Source: a virus. Taken from it: a stretch of 64,000 bases of DNA. Made by a program: the position numbers and the translations under genes. The notes under the pieces are model-generated. The model saw only the letters and a program-made list of their open reading frames with translations, had not been told where the DNA came from and searched no databases. The stretch is taken from the IMG/VR virus record IMGVR_UViG_3300022602_000029, positions 1 to 64,000 of that record; one strand, written 5' to 3'. Positions 9,393-19,700 of the stretch are shown here, piece by piece. How positions within the stretch are numbered: position 1 is the first letter of the stretch; every line of letters starts with the position of its first letter.

Positions 9393-9701
9393 ATGGCTTT
9401 AACAAACGCAATCATAGCATCTACAACAACTACAGCTATATATGTTTCATCGGGGATCACAGCTATCACCACAATGATATTTTGTAACACAGGTGGTGCT
9501 GCCGGAACTCTTACTGTATATGCGGTAGCCAGCGGTAATGTGATAGGAACTAGTACTACGATACTGTCAGTACTACCTTTGCCAGCCACAGAAACTTTTA
9601 CACTTGATACAGAAAAACTTATATTAGGAAACGGAGACACTATCTATGCACAGGCCACCGTTGGAACGATCGGAGTAACTGTCAGTAGCGTACCACTATA
9701 A
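9393..9701 (+). CDS. small beta-sandwich-like structural protein
   Basis: 102 aa; AITTMIFCN...LTVY...ETFTL..EKLILGNGDTIYA; similar in pattern to 16314-16697. Confidence 0.6.
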   Translation: MALTNAIIASTTTTAIYVSSGITAITTMIFCNTGGAAGTLTVYAVASGNVIGTSTTILSVLPLPATETFTLDTEKLILGNGDTIYAQATVGTIGVTVSSVPL

Positions 9702-10429
9702 TGAAATATACAAAACGTCTAACTCTATATCGCGTAAATCCTAGCGATAATACTTTTGCGGTGCAAGGCGGAAACGTTTTGACTACCCTAACAGGAGCGA
9801 TGCAGATACCTTCTGGACCTGAATCTGCACGTCCCAGTAGTCCTGTTAATGGCGAAGTAAGATATAACTCAACTACACAAGATACTGAACTTTACAATAT
9901 TTCTGGATCAGGAACAGGCTGGGAAAAAATCAAGACCAATAGACAGACTGTTATAACTCCTCAAAATCTCGGCACAGGTAATTACTCAAATACTTTATTT
10001 GGACCGTTAGCTTATAATGTTGCTACTAATGCTCCTCAAAATGTTTTGGTATTTGTAGATAACGTTTTCCAGGTACCTAACACTAACTATACTCTAGTAA
10101 CAGGTACTGGTACGAATTCTACAGCATCTATTGTGATATCAACTCCTCCAACGACTACTACAATAAAGATATCAACACTGACTAATATCTTAGTCGGTAT
10201 GACTATAGCAACACAAACTGGTATATCCAACGGAACTACCGTAACCAATGTTAATAGCCTTACTAATTTTATCACAATAAATCCTGCTACCTTCGCACCT
10301 ATAGGTGCTGGAACCGTGTTGACTTTTTCAGAAAGCGCAGGAGTCTACATCAACTTTACCAGCTCAGTCCCAGCCAAACCTGTTTTTGCCTTACTAGGTT
10401 TCGACGGTTATACAGGCTCCAATAACTAA
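9701..10429 (+). CDS. putative virion structural protein
   Basis: 242 aa; IPSG..SARP..PVNGEVRYNSTT motif typical of phage fibre proteins, plus an LVFVDNVFQ.P..NYTL module; coupled by a TAATG overlap. Confidence 0.6.
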   Translation: MKYTKRLTLYRVNPSDNTFAVQGGNVLTTLTGAMQIPSGPESARPSSPVNGEVRYNSTTQDTELYNISGSGTGWEKIKTNRQTVITPQNLGTGNYSNTLFGPLAYNVATNAPQNVLVFVDNVFQVPNTNYTLVTGTGTNSTASIVISTPPTTTTIKISTLTNILVGMTIATQTGISNGTTVTNVNSLTNFITINPATFAPIGAGTVLTFSESAGVYINFTSSVPAKPVFALLGFDGYTGSNN

Positions 10430-10446
10430 TAAATCCTAACTATCGA

Positions 10447-10452
10447 TAAATA
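10447..10452 (+). promoter_or_regulatory. late promoter core (TAAATA)
   Basis: Intergenic; precedes a ~95-nt structured leader of the 1919-aa gene. Confidence 0.65.
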
Positions 10453-10549
10453 AGTTCGATGCCGTGTTTTTTTCGGCAGAACATACAGTGGTAAACCCGC
10501 TATGTAAGGTGGTTATCCGTGAAACTCGGAGGTTTGGGAGCTTGTTCGC

Positions 10550-13500
10550 ATGGCTGTAGGTCGCATATCCGGTCCGTTACTTCAACAGAATTTATTCCGT
10601 GATAATGTTCCACTGGCCTTCTATAATACTAGTAGCCAGACAGAAAACCCAACCCTTTATCTAGATGTCACTGACGGATTTGTTGGTATACAGACTTCAA
10701 GTCCGCAATATCAACTTGATGTTTCTGGTACTATAAACGCAACTAATCTGCGTGTTATTCCTGGCACTTCTCAGCTAGGGAATATGTTATTCAACAACAA
10801 TACCGTGGCAACATCAGTTGGCGGTATTACTATACAGCCTACTGGCGGAAATCAGATAATTTTAGGTAGCATAGTAACAGCTACTGGGCAAACGATATTC
10901 GGCGCTAATATTCAATCAAATACCACTACAAATGGTAGCGTGGTGGTACAAGGCGGACAAGGTATATCAGGAAACCTATATGTCGGCGGTCTAGGTTCTT
11001 TTAATACATTAACTGCAAAGACAGAAACAATTACAGGAAACATAAATTCTACAGGAACTACCACAGGAGCATTAGTAGTTAACGGAGGTGTAGGAGTCGG
11101 AGGAGATGTTTACGTAGGCGGTACTATCTACGGACATATCAGCACAGCTAGTATTTCTAACTTTTATTTTACTGCTACTACAGTTACTATAAGCAACACA
11201 ACTACAGTAGGCGTTTTCTATCCAATGCTTTCCAGCACAAGCAACGGATATGTATCTGTTAATGCTACAGGATCTTTATATTATAACGCAAACACTAACG
11301 TTCTAACTAGTCCTTTTATCTATGTAAGCACGAATACAGAAAGTACAACATCTACTAATGGGGCTCTAATAGTCGCAGGTGGAGCCGGTATACTTAGTAA
11401 TCTAAATGTAGGCGCTACATTATTTGCAAATACCGTTACCGTTAATAACAAACTATCGACTCCTAATTTATCTGCTACCAATGCCACGATAGGTAACCTA
11501 ACCGGCACCAATGCTTCTATTTCGTCATTGACTGCTACAAGTATATTGGTCAATGGAAATATTGATTCCACTAGCACCACTACAGGATCTCTCCTAGTAC
11601 AGGGCGGAGTCGGAATAACAAAAAGTCTAAACGTAGGCGGAAACATAGTAGCACAAGGCAATATTATCGCTAACGGTAATATAATCTTAGGAAGTAACAC
11701 CACTACTGATACTTTAACGATTGATGCAGAGATAGCCAGCGACCTAGTTCCTGCTAAAGATAATACCTATAGCATTGGAACAGCTTCAAATACTTGGGCT
11801 ACTGGCTACGTCAATACATTATATTCAAATATTATTTCTAATCAGTCTGGACAGATATCTATAAATCCGGCCGATAGTTTACTGAATATCAATGCCAGCA
11901 TACGTGTAAATGGTGACAAACCTATCGGTACCGCACCGGTAGTAACTAATCTATTATATGTTACTATGGACGGAGATGATACCAATGATGGTCGTGCACA
12001 AGATGCCAGCCGTGCTTGCCGTACAATAGGCGGTGCGTTGAATAGTCCTTATTATGGACCAGGAACTAGCATACGAGTAGCACCCGGGCATTATTTTGAA
12101 AACAATCCTCTCTTGTTACAGCCTTATACCAGTATCATTGGACAGGATCTAAGAACTACTAGCATAGAACCTATCAATAAAACTCAGGATCTATTCCATC
12201 TTCAGAGCGGTTGTTATCTAGCACAGATGCAGTTTTTAAATGGTCGTAGTGGTGTGTTGCCAGGGTCATATGCAAGTGGATACAACAGAGGTGCTTACGC
12301 TACAGCTTATCCTCCAGAAGTAGACGGATCGCTGATAGATGTTTACCATAGCCCATATATACAAAATTGTACTAACCAATCTGGTCCTTGGCTCTATGAT
12401 GGAACTCTTTTCGTTCCTAATCAAACCATACAAATTCCTCAGGTATTGGGAACTGGAACATGGGCTTCTAGTTCTACAAGTATTACTGTTGTTACCACCG
12501 GTACTATCGTAGTCGGTATGAGCATTAATGGAGGTCATCAAGATCCTGGGTATTTCAATGCTAGGACTTTGCTGTTGGCTAATCAGCAGTTTATACAAGA
12601 ACAGGTAGTGGCTTATGTGAATCAAACATATCCTACATTTGTTTACAATCAGGCATTGTGTTTTAGAGATGTTGGCATTATCGTTCAAAATATCGCATAT
12701 GATGCTACCTTTGGTGGCAATCAGAAAAGCGTAGAATCTGGCCTAGCTTATTGGAATGGAGTTACTAGCGTTGTCGCAGGAGAAATAACCCAAACTATCG
12801 CGGCTATTAACTATATCAATACTCTTTCTCAGCTGATAATCAATAACACGACGGCTACTAATAGATTAGGATCTAGCAGTACGTATTCTCAAGTTATTAA
12901 TACAGCACTAACAGGCGGAAGTATATCCGGTCCTAATCTATCTACTAATATAGGAACTATTACTACCATCATAGCGAATGGTCCTACTAGTGCTCCTACA
13001 GAATATGTCAGTGCCGCGGTCGATAGTAGCTATCTAAGCGCTGAAGTTTTATTACAGCTGAATAGAAACTTTATACAAAATGATACTCTAGCATGGATAG
13101 CTAACACGTATCCTTCGTTTGTTTATAATACAGCTACCTGTTTCCGTGATGTAGGATTGATCATAGATGCCATAAGCCAGGATATACTAATCGGCGGAAA
13201 TAGCAAAACTATAGAAGCCGCACTAAGTTATTGGAATAGCGGATATAGCCAAATAGTAGGACAGATAACTACTACTACGCAGGCCATAAGCCATGCCGCG
13301 AGTGTAGCATTGAATGTAATAACTAATACAGCCGTTACTCCACAGGTGGGAAATGCATCTACACAAACTATCAATACATATTTTAGTGGTGGTGGAGTAG
13401 CTACCCAATCAGTAAACAGAAACTTTAATATTATTAATAATATAATAATAAATGGACCAGGAGTAGCTCCTCCTACATTCCAGGGATATTCTGTATTTGC

Positions 13501-16309
13501 TCCTACAGGTATAACAGGAGATGATATAAAAGTGGCGCCTAAGGTAACAGCAGTATCTACTATATCATCTAATACCTATAACGTAACAATAAATGGGCCC
13601 ACAGTAACTAGTTCAACTAATGCGGCATTATATTTTGGTTACACCGCAGTTTATCCTGTACAAGATACCAGCGTTCCTGATATATGGGCTCAACGTAGAG
13701 TAGATCCTAATGGTTCTATGGGAGGAAGCCTAGTTGACGGTTCAGTGGTCAGCAAGCGCAGTCCAATACAATCATTTGTCTATGACGCTTATACACAGGT
13801 TAACCAAGGTGGCAGAGGTATACATATCATCAACAATGGATACGCACAGTTGGTATCTGTGTTTACTATTTTCTGTTCAACCGCCGTTGAAGTTGATACT
13901 GGAGGAATAGCCAGTATCACTAACTCTAACAGCAACTTTGGTACATATTGCCTAGTAGCCAAGAGTTATGGAAGTAGAGAGTTTAGCGGAACTGTTTATA
14001 ATCCTCCCTATCCAGGATTTGTACAGAACGGAGAATATTATCCTACCGGTTATTTCCCTAACAATGGAAGCGTATTGATATTTGTTCCTGATACATCTAA
14101 CAGGCCGCATATCGCACAGTTAATGGAGATAATTCCTCCTTTAGGTTATATCAATAATCAAGGACTTCCTGGATTTGTAGGAGGCCAAGTAAACACAGGT
14201 ACGCTGACTACTGGATCTATCACTATATCTGGAATCGATGTTTCTTCTGTAGGTATAGGACAGACAGTTTATGTAAGAGATCAATACGGAAATTCTTCAA
14301 AGAATGGCGTGCCATATGTGGCCACAGGTACGATAGTTTCTGATGTAGGATTCCAAACAATCACACTTAATCAAGCTATAGTGACAGGAGGTGGCGATAC
14401 TACTAATCCTAACTATTTTACTGTATACACCTGTGGCAATGCTTATTACACAGTATTAAGCAGTACAGCATATCCTAATCCTGTTCCTGTTGGCCAATCT
14501 ATGATACCACAGATACAGGGCAATGAAATAGTCGCATTAAACTTTATCAGTACTCTTACACAGGCCGTGGTATCAAATATCACAGGTACGAATTATTCGA
14601 CACAGACTCAAACTATAGTTCCTACAGTCACTGGCGGATCTGGATCAGAAAGTTTTATAGCAGGATTTTTTAATACCATCACTAACATAGTAGCTAATGG
14701 TGTTAATACTCCTATTCCTTTAGTGACTTCAGGTACCATACCAAGCGGAGCTGGTAGTGCCATCACATTGATACAAGATAACATAGAATATATCACTCAA
14801 GAGACAGTAGGATATATATCGACCCTATATCCTAATAATCCAAACTATAGCAGGACTACCTGTGCTAGAGATATAGGACTGATACTAAACGCCATCACAC
14901 AAGATTTATTATTTGGAGGAACTAGCCAAAGTACTTTCGCTGGTTTACAATATTGGAGTCAGAATACAAATACCAATGCGATCATTCCTGGAGAAGCTAC
15001 AACGACTACTGCGGCTATAAACTATCTAAGTAGTTTGTCTCAGCTTATAGTACAGAATATAACCACAGGCACACGTTATCAAAGCACGGTTTCGCAGGTA
15101 ACTAATGCCTATACTGGTACCATAGCAGAAGCAAACACACTCGCTGCCGATTTTTCTGTAATAACAAACATATTAACTAATGGAACCGCAGGAGTGACTG
15201 ATCAGATAGTGCCTAATGGACCAGTGGGTCTATTACAGTTGTTCACCGTACAATATGCATTCAATCTGCTAGAAGCAAACAAAACTTATCTGCAGGCAGA
15301 AGTTAATGCCTATATACGTGCTACTAACCCTGGATTCGTATATGATTCAGTGATCTGTGCCAGAGACGTTGGATACATCATAGATTGTGTAGGATTTGAT
15401 TTGCTGTATGGCGGAAACAGACAGGCGATACAGGCAGGCGTATATTATTATGGTTATAGTTCAACTGTTCCTTCTATATCTAATGAGACTACGGCTACGA
15501 TAGCTGCCTATAACTATCTCAGCCAGCTGATACCATATGTAGTAAAAGGAATAACTACAGCTACGGTACAGACATCAGTTCCTCAAGTTATACCTTATGC
15601 TACTGCTACTAATGCTCAGGTAACTGTATTACAGCAGGAAATCAATACTATTACTAATATAATATTAAATGGACCAAGCGTAGCAGGACCTAAAGTACCA
15701 ATAGGATTGACAGCTACTAACAACACTCTATTGTTAAATGCGGCCAATGCTATTATACAAAATACAGCTTTCCTCAAAGCAGAACTAGTAGCCTATATCG
15801 ATAGTTTCTTTGATCTAGGATCATATCAAGCCAAGTGTGCTAGAGATGTTAGACTAATATTACAACAGTTAATTTATGATCTTGAAAACGGTGGAAACTA
15901 TAATGCGGTTTATAGTGGTTTGAGCTATTGGTCAAGAGCAGGCACATACCATTTAGTTAATCTAGAAGAAAATGTAACCGATCCTACGCTATTCCCAGAT
16001 GGTTGTACAGCGAATTTCTATCAAAGGAGCTATATCAGCGCATCTGGATATACATTTGAATATGTAGGAGCAGGTACTAACTATGGATCTTTACCTCAAG
16101 TAGGAGTAGCAGATCCTCAACAAGACCAAGAAGTGGTCATGTTAGATGGAGGAAAGGTATTCTATACATCAACAGACCAAAACGGAGATTTCAGGATAGG
16201 ACCAGAATTGGTTATCAGCCAGGCGACTGGTGTACTAAGCGGACGAACATTTACAAAATCACTGTTCGCTAACCTGACACCATTTATATTAGCGATCGAA
16301 CAAGGATAA
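10550..16309 (+). CDS. giant virion structural / tail-fibre-like protein with a pectin-lyase-like beta-helix segment and five CxRD helical repeats
   Basis: 1919 aa; TGAL.V.GG.G shaft repeats; LYVTMDGDDTNDGRA...RTIGGAL and SPYIQNCT motifs seen in beta-helix spike proteins of T4-like phages; five C-x-R-D...GG repeats. Confidence 0.7.
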   Translation: MAVGRISGPLLQQNLFRDNVPLAFYNTSSQTENPTLYLDVTDGFVGIQTSSPQYQLDVSGTINATNLRVIPGTSQLGNMLFNNNTVATSVGGITIQPTGGNQIILGSIVTATGQTIFGANIQSNTTTNGSVVVQGGQGISGNLYVGGLGSFNTLTAKTETITGNINSTGTTTGALVVNGGVGVGGDVYVGGTIYGHISTASISNFYFTATTVTISNTTTVGVFYPMLSSTSNGYVSVNATGSLYYNANTNVLTSPFIYVSTNTESTTSTNGALIVAGGAGILSNLNVGATLFANTVTVNNKLSTPNLSATNATIGNLTGTNASISSLTATSILVNGNIDSTSTTTGSLLVQGGVGITKSLNVGGNIVAQGNIIANGNIILGSNTTTDTLTIDAEIASDLVPAKDNTYSIGTASNTWATGYVNTLYSNIISNQSGQISINPADSLLNINASIRVNGDKPIGTAPVVTNLLYVTMDGDDTNDGRAQDASRACRTIGGALNSPYYGPGTSIRVAPGHYFENNPLLLQPYTSIIGQDLRTTSIEPINKTQDLFHLQSGCYLAQMQFLNGRSGVLPGSYASGYNRGAYATAYPPEVDGSLIDVYHSPYIQNCTNQSGPWLYDGTLFVPNQTIQIPQVLGTGTWASSSTSITVVTTGTIVVGMSINGGHQDPGYFNARTLLLANQQFIQEQVVAYVNQTYPTFVYNQALCFRDVGIIVQNIAYDATFGGNQKSVESGLAYWNGVTSVVAGEITQTIAAINYINTLSQLIINNTTATNRLGSSSTYSQVINTALTGGSISGPNLSTNIGTITTIIANGPTSAPTEYVSAAVDSSYLSAEVLLQLNRNFIQNDTLAWIANTYPSFVYNTATCFRDVGLIIDAISQDILIGGNSKTIEAALSYWNSGYSQIVGQITTTTQAISHAASVALNVITNTAVTPQVGNASTQTINTYFSGGGVATQSVNRNFNIINNIIINGPGVAPPTFQGYSVFAPTGITGDDIKVAPKVTAVSTISSNTYNVTINGPTVTSSTNAALYFGYTAVYPVQDTSVPDIWAQRRVDPNGSMGGSLVDGSVVSKRSPIQSFVYDAYTQVNQGGRGIHIINNGYAQLVSVFTIFCSTAVEVDTGGIASITNSNSNFGTYCLVAKSYGSREFSGTVYNPPYPGFVQNGEYYPTGYFPNNGSVLIFVPDTSNRPHIAQLMEIIPPLGYINNQGLPGFVGGQVNTGTLTTGSITISGIDVSSVGIGQTVYVRDQYGNSSKNGVPYVATGTIVSDVGFQTITLNQAIVTGGGDTTNPNYFTVYTCGNAYYTVLSSTAYPNPVPVGQSMIPQIQGNEIVALNFISTLTQAVVSNITGTNYSTQTQTIVPTVTGGSGSESFIAGFFNTITNIVANGVNTPIPLVTSGTIPSGAGSAITLIQDNIEYITQETVGYISTLYPNNPNYSRTTCARDIGLILNAITQDLLFGGTSQSTFAGLQYWSQNTNTNAIIPGEATTTTAAINYLSSLSQLIVQNITTGTRYQSTVSQVTNAYTGTIAEANTLAADFSVITNILTNGTAGVTDQIVPNGPVGLLQLFTVQYAFNLLEANKTYLQAEVNAYIRATNPGFVYDSVICARDVGYIIDCVGFDLLYGGNRQAIQAGVYYYGYSSTVPSISNETTATIAAYNYLSQLIPYVVKGITTATVQTSVPQVIPYATATNAQVTVLQQEINTITNIILNGPSVAGPKVPIGLTATNNTLLLNAANAIIQNTAFLKAELVAYIDSFFDLGSYQAKCARDVRLILQQLIYDLENGGNYNAVYSGLSYWSRAGTYHLVNLEENVTDPTLFPDGCTANFYQRSYISASGYTFEYVGAGTNYGSLPQVGVADPQQDQEVVMLDGGKVFYTSTDQNGDFRIGPELVISQATGVLSGRTFTKSLFANLTPFILAIEQG

Positions 16310-16313
16310 AATC

Positions 16314-16697
16314 ATGGCAGCTTTACCATTAAACGTCTTTAAAACAAAAACATCTATACTAGGTAGCAATACGACCACCTTTGTTTACACAGCACCAGTC
16401 GGAGTTACATCTATTATATTGATGGCCAATGTGGCAAACATAACACAAAACGTCCAATATGTCACCATGTCGCACTATAGGAATCTTCCTGTCCTTCCGG
16501 ATAGCCAAGGAAACGGAGGACAACCGGGTAATGTTACTACCGAGATAGCAAAGAGTTTCGGTATCCCAGGGGATAACAGTGCCAATATGTTACAAGGAAA
16601 ACTGATTATCGAAAGTCTAGATAGTATTATAGCCTATGCCAATAATACATCAACTTGTAAATTAGTTTTAAGCGTGTTAGAAACAGCTAACGCATAA
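16314..16697 (+). CDS. small structural partner protein
   Basis: 127 aa; VYTAP.GVTSIILMANVAN...GKLIIESLD.I.A..; follows the hydrophobic C-terminus (PFILAIEQG) of the previous gene. Confidence 0.6.
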   Translation: MAALPLNVFKTKTSILGSNTTTFVYTAPVGVTSIILMANVANITQNVQYVTMSHYRNLPVLPDSQGNGGQPGNVTTEIAKSFGIPGDNSANMLQGKLIIESLDSIIAYANNTSTCKLVLSVLETANA

Positions 16698-16709
16698 TAG
16701 AGAGATATA

Positions 16710-19700
16710 ATGCCAACGATACTCAGCGGAGCAGTAGTCCAAACAGGTAGCAGTAGTAGTTTTATTACTCTTGCTCAAGCCCAGCCTGCCCTGCAGATTA
16801 CTCCTAGTACTAATACAGGCTATACAATAATAGTTAATACGGCTAGTAATATTGAATATACTAACCTATTAGGAAGCCTGGTATTCGATAGCGGCACTAT
16901 AACCAACTATAACTCCGGCACTGACATAGGAATATATAATTTAGGCGGTGGATTCTTACAAGTATATACTTCTACCTTCCTTAATAATACTTCTGCTGTA
17001 ACTGACGGAACTGATAGCTATGGAACTACATCGGGTGCGTTTGTAGTTACAGGCGGAGTTGGCATAGGTAAAAACCTTAATATAGGGGGCATAACAACTA
17101 TTGCCGCCAATATAGCCAGTAACAGTACACAAACAGGTAGTTTGGTAGTAGGCGGTGGTTTCGGAGTAGGCGGTGATATCTATGTAGGCGGAAATCTAGT
17201 ATTCACGAATGCCAAACAAGGCACATTAACATCAGAAAAAGTAACAGTATTAGGAACTTATACTTCAGTATCGACTACTACAGGAGCCGTAGTAGTACAA
17301 GGTGGAGTTGGTATAGGAGGTAGTTTATATTCTGGTCCTGTCTATGATAACGGTAATCGAGTAGTAAGCGTAGTCAACGCCGGAAGAGGAATCGCAGTTT
17401 CTACCAGTTCAGGTCCAACAGTATTAGTAACAAATACTGGAGTGCTCACCCTTACAGCAGGAACAGGCACAGTAGTTAATACATCAACCGGTGATATTAC
17501 TGTATGGATTAATCCAACAAACGTGTTACTGACTTTACAACAAGTTACTAATGCGGGCAACACAACTAATCTTCCTGTATATTTCAATAATCAATCTAAT
17601 GCTATCAGTAGTATAACAGGTGCTGTAGTCGTAGCAGGTGGTGTTGGTATATCTCAAGATTTATATATTGGCGGAAACATAACTGCTAACGGTGTTAATC
17701 TAACTAGTTCTGCTAATAGTACCCTACAGGCCAATAATGGTATCTTTAAGACATTGTCTGTTACTGGAACTAACTTCAGTACTACTACATTTTCTAATAA
17801 CGCACTGTATGTAGCGGGTGGAGCAGGAGTAGGATCTAGTCTAGCTGTAGGAGGAGATGCTGTAATCTACGGAAATCTCTATGTTCAAGGAACCTACACT
17901 ACATTCGTTACGCAGAATATAGCTATAGGTAGGAATGTTATAGCATTATCTACAGCTTCTGGTCCAGCTATACTAGCTAATGGTAGTGGAATCACAGTTG
18001 GACCAGTGGCATCTCCTTTTGCTAGTTTCTTATATGATGGCATAACTTCTTGGCAAAGTCTTGGTAGCATCAATCCAACACTAGATCTCGCATATAATCT
18101 TGGATCTTCTGGATTAAGATGGAATACGGTATATGGCGGATCTGCCATATTTAATGATGGTGCTAACAGTATCAGCACACAAACTGGTGCTTTGGTAGTA
18201 CAAGGTGGCATAGGAGTCAGTGGAGATAGCTTATTTGCTGGTGAAATCAAGTTTACCAGTCCTCTACAGGCCACATCTACCTTGACAGGAGCACTGATAA
18301 TACAGGGCGGAGTTGGTATAGGTGGTAGTATCTATGCTGGCAACATCTACAGTAATGGAATATTATTGACTTCCGGAGGCGGAGGCGGCGGAGGCACTGG
18401 GACTATAAATCTAATAGCAGGTGCTGATATAGCTCTAACTACCACCACACAAGGCACGGTCATCTCCAATACCAGCACTCTACAGACAGTCACCAGTAGA
18501 GGCAATACTACTATAAATCCAATAGTTATCACTAATGGTCAGAACAGCTATAACGCTACATCCGGAGCTCTACAGGTAACAGGCGGTGGCTCTTTTGCAT
18601 CTAATTTATGGATAGGCGGTAATAGTTATTTTAATGGATATGCCACACAGTTATTTTCTACCAATACTTTTATCTACGATAACATAGTAGATCTGCATTT
18701 CAATGTCAATAACTGGACATATGATGATGGTAAAGATATAGGCCTTAAGTTTAACTACTACTATGGAGCATCGACCGCTACTGGTTTCTTAGGACGCAGT
18801 GACGCTTCGGGCCATCTAGTATGGTTCTCCACCGGTAATGAACTGGCCAATGGAAAGTTTACCGGCACCGGCGGAGTATTTGAAACAGGTAGCATACAGT
18901 TAAACTCAACTAGTACGGCCAGCATCACATCTCTAGGTGGTATAGCGGCCGCTGGTCCTTTATATATCAACAACTCTGCTACCATATCTGGTACTATCTA
19001 TGCAGGACCCATATTCTCAAACTATGCTCCTGTATTAACATCAGCCAATCTAAGTAGTTTTGGTGTCGCAGACATCATAGCAGGTACCGGAACTAGCGTT
19101 AGCTCTAGCACAGGTAATGTGATAATATGGAATACTCTCAACCTAAATCAAGTTAGTCAGAATGGTAACACGACTAGTTTTCCGATAGGTATACTAAACG
19201 GGACCAATACCTACAGCACAGCGACAGGTGCCTTGACAGTTTCCGGTGGCGTAGGTGTTAATGGTGGAGTATTTGTTGGCGGAACTGTAACAGCCACTAA
19301 TGCCACTTTCAATAATCTCGCTGTACAGATAGAAAATATATCAAACAGCCTGACTATCAATAGCACACAGCAGATTCCTTTACAGATAACTAATCCTCAG
19401 AACGGAACCAGCACTGTATTAATTAATGCTGTAGGTACAGATACCAATAGTCATGGTGGGCTAGTGATTCAAAATAACTTAGGAAATTATCTTGAGTTAG
19501 GTATCAATAGTTCGGGTAGGACCATATCTCAATATGGAGTAGGTTCTGCTTACCTTTACACTAATCCTTTCCTACCATCTCTTAATATTGGTAATAGTAG
19601 CACTATAAACTTCTGGTCACAGAACGTAGCTAGTGCGAATCCACCCGCAATGTCCATAGCTAGCACTACTACTACGATTATTAATAATCTATTGGTAGAA

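Noticed and set aside
10481-10530. c-di-GMP-I (GEMM) riboswitch because of GGTAAACC
   Set aside because: The downstream GACGCAAAGC / tetraloop-receptor elements are missing; kept only as an unassigned structured-RNA candidate.
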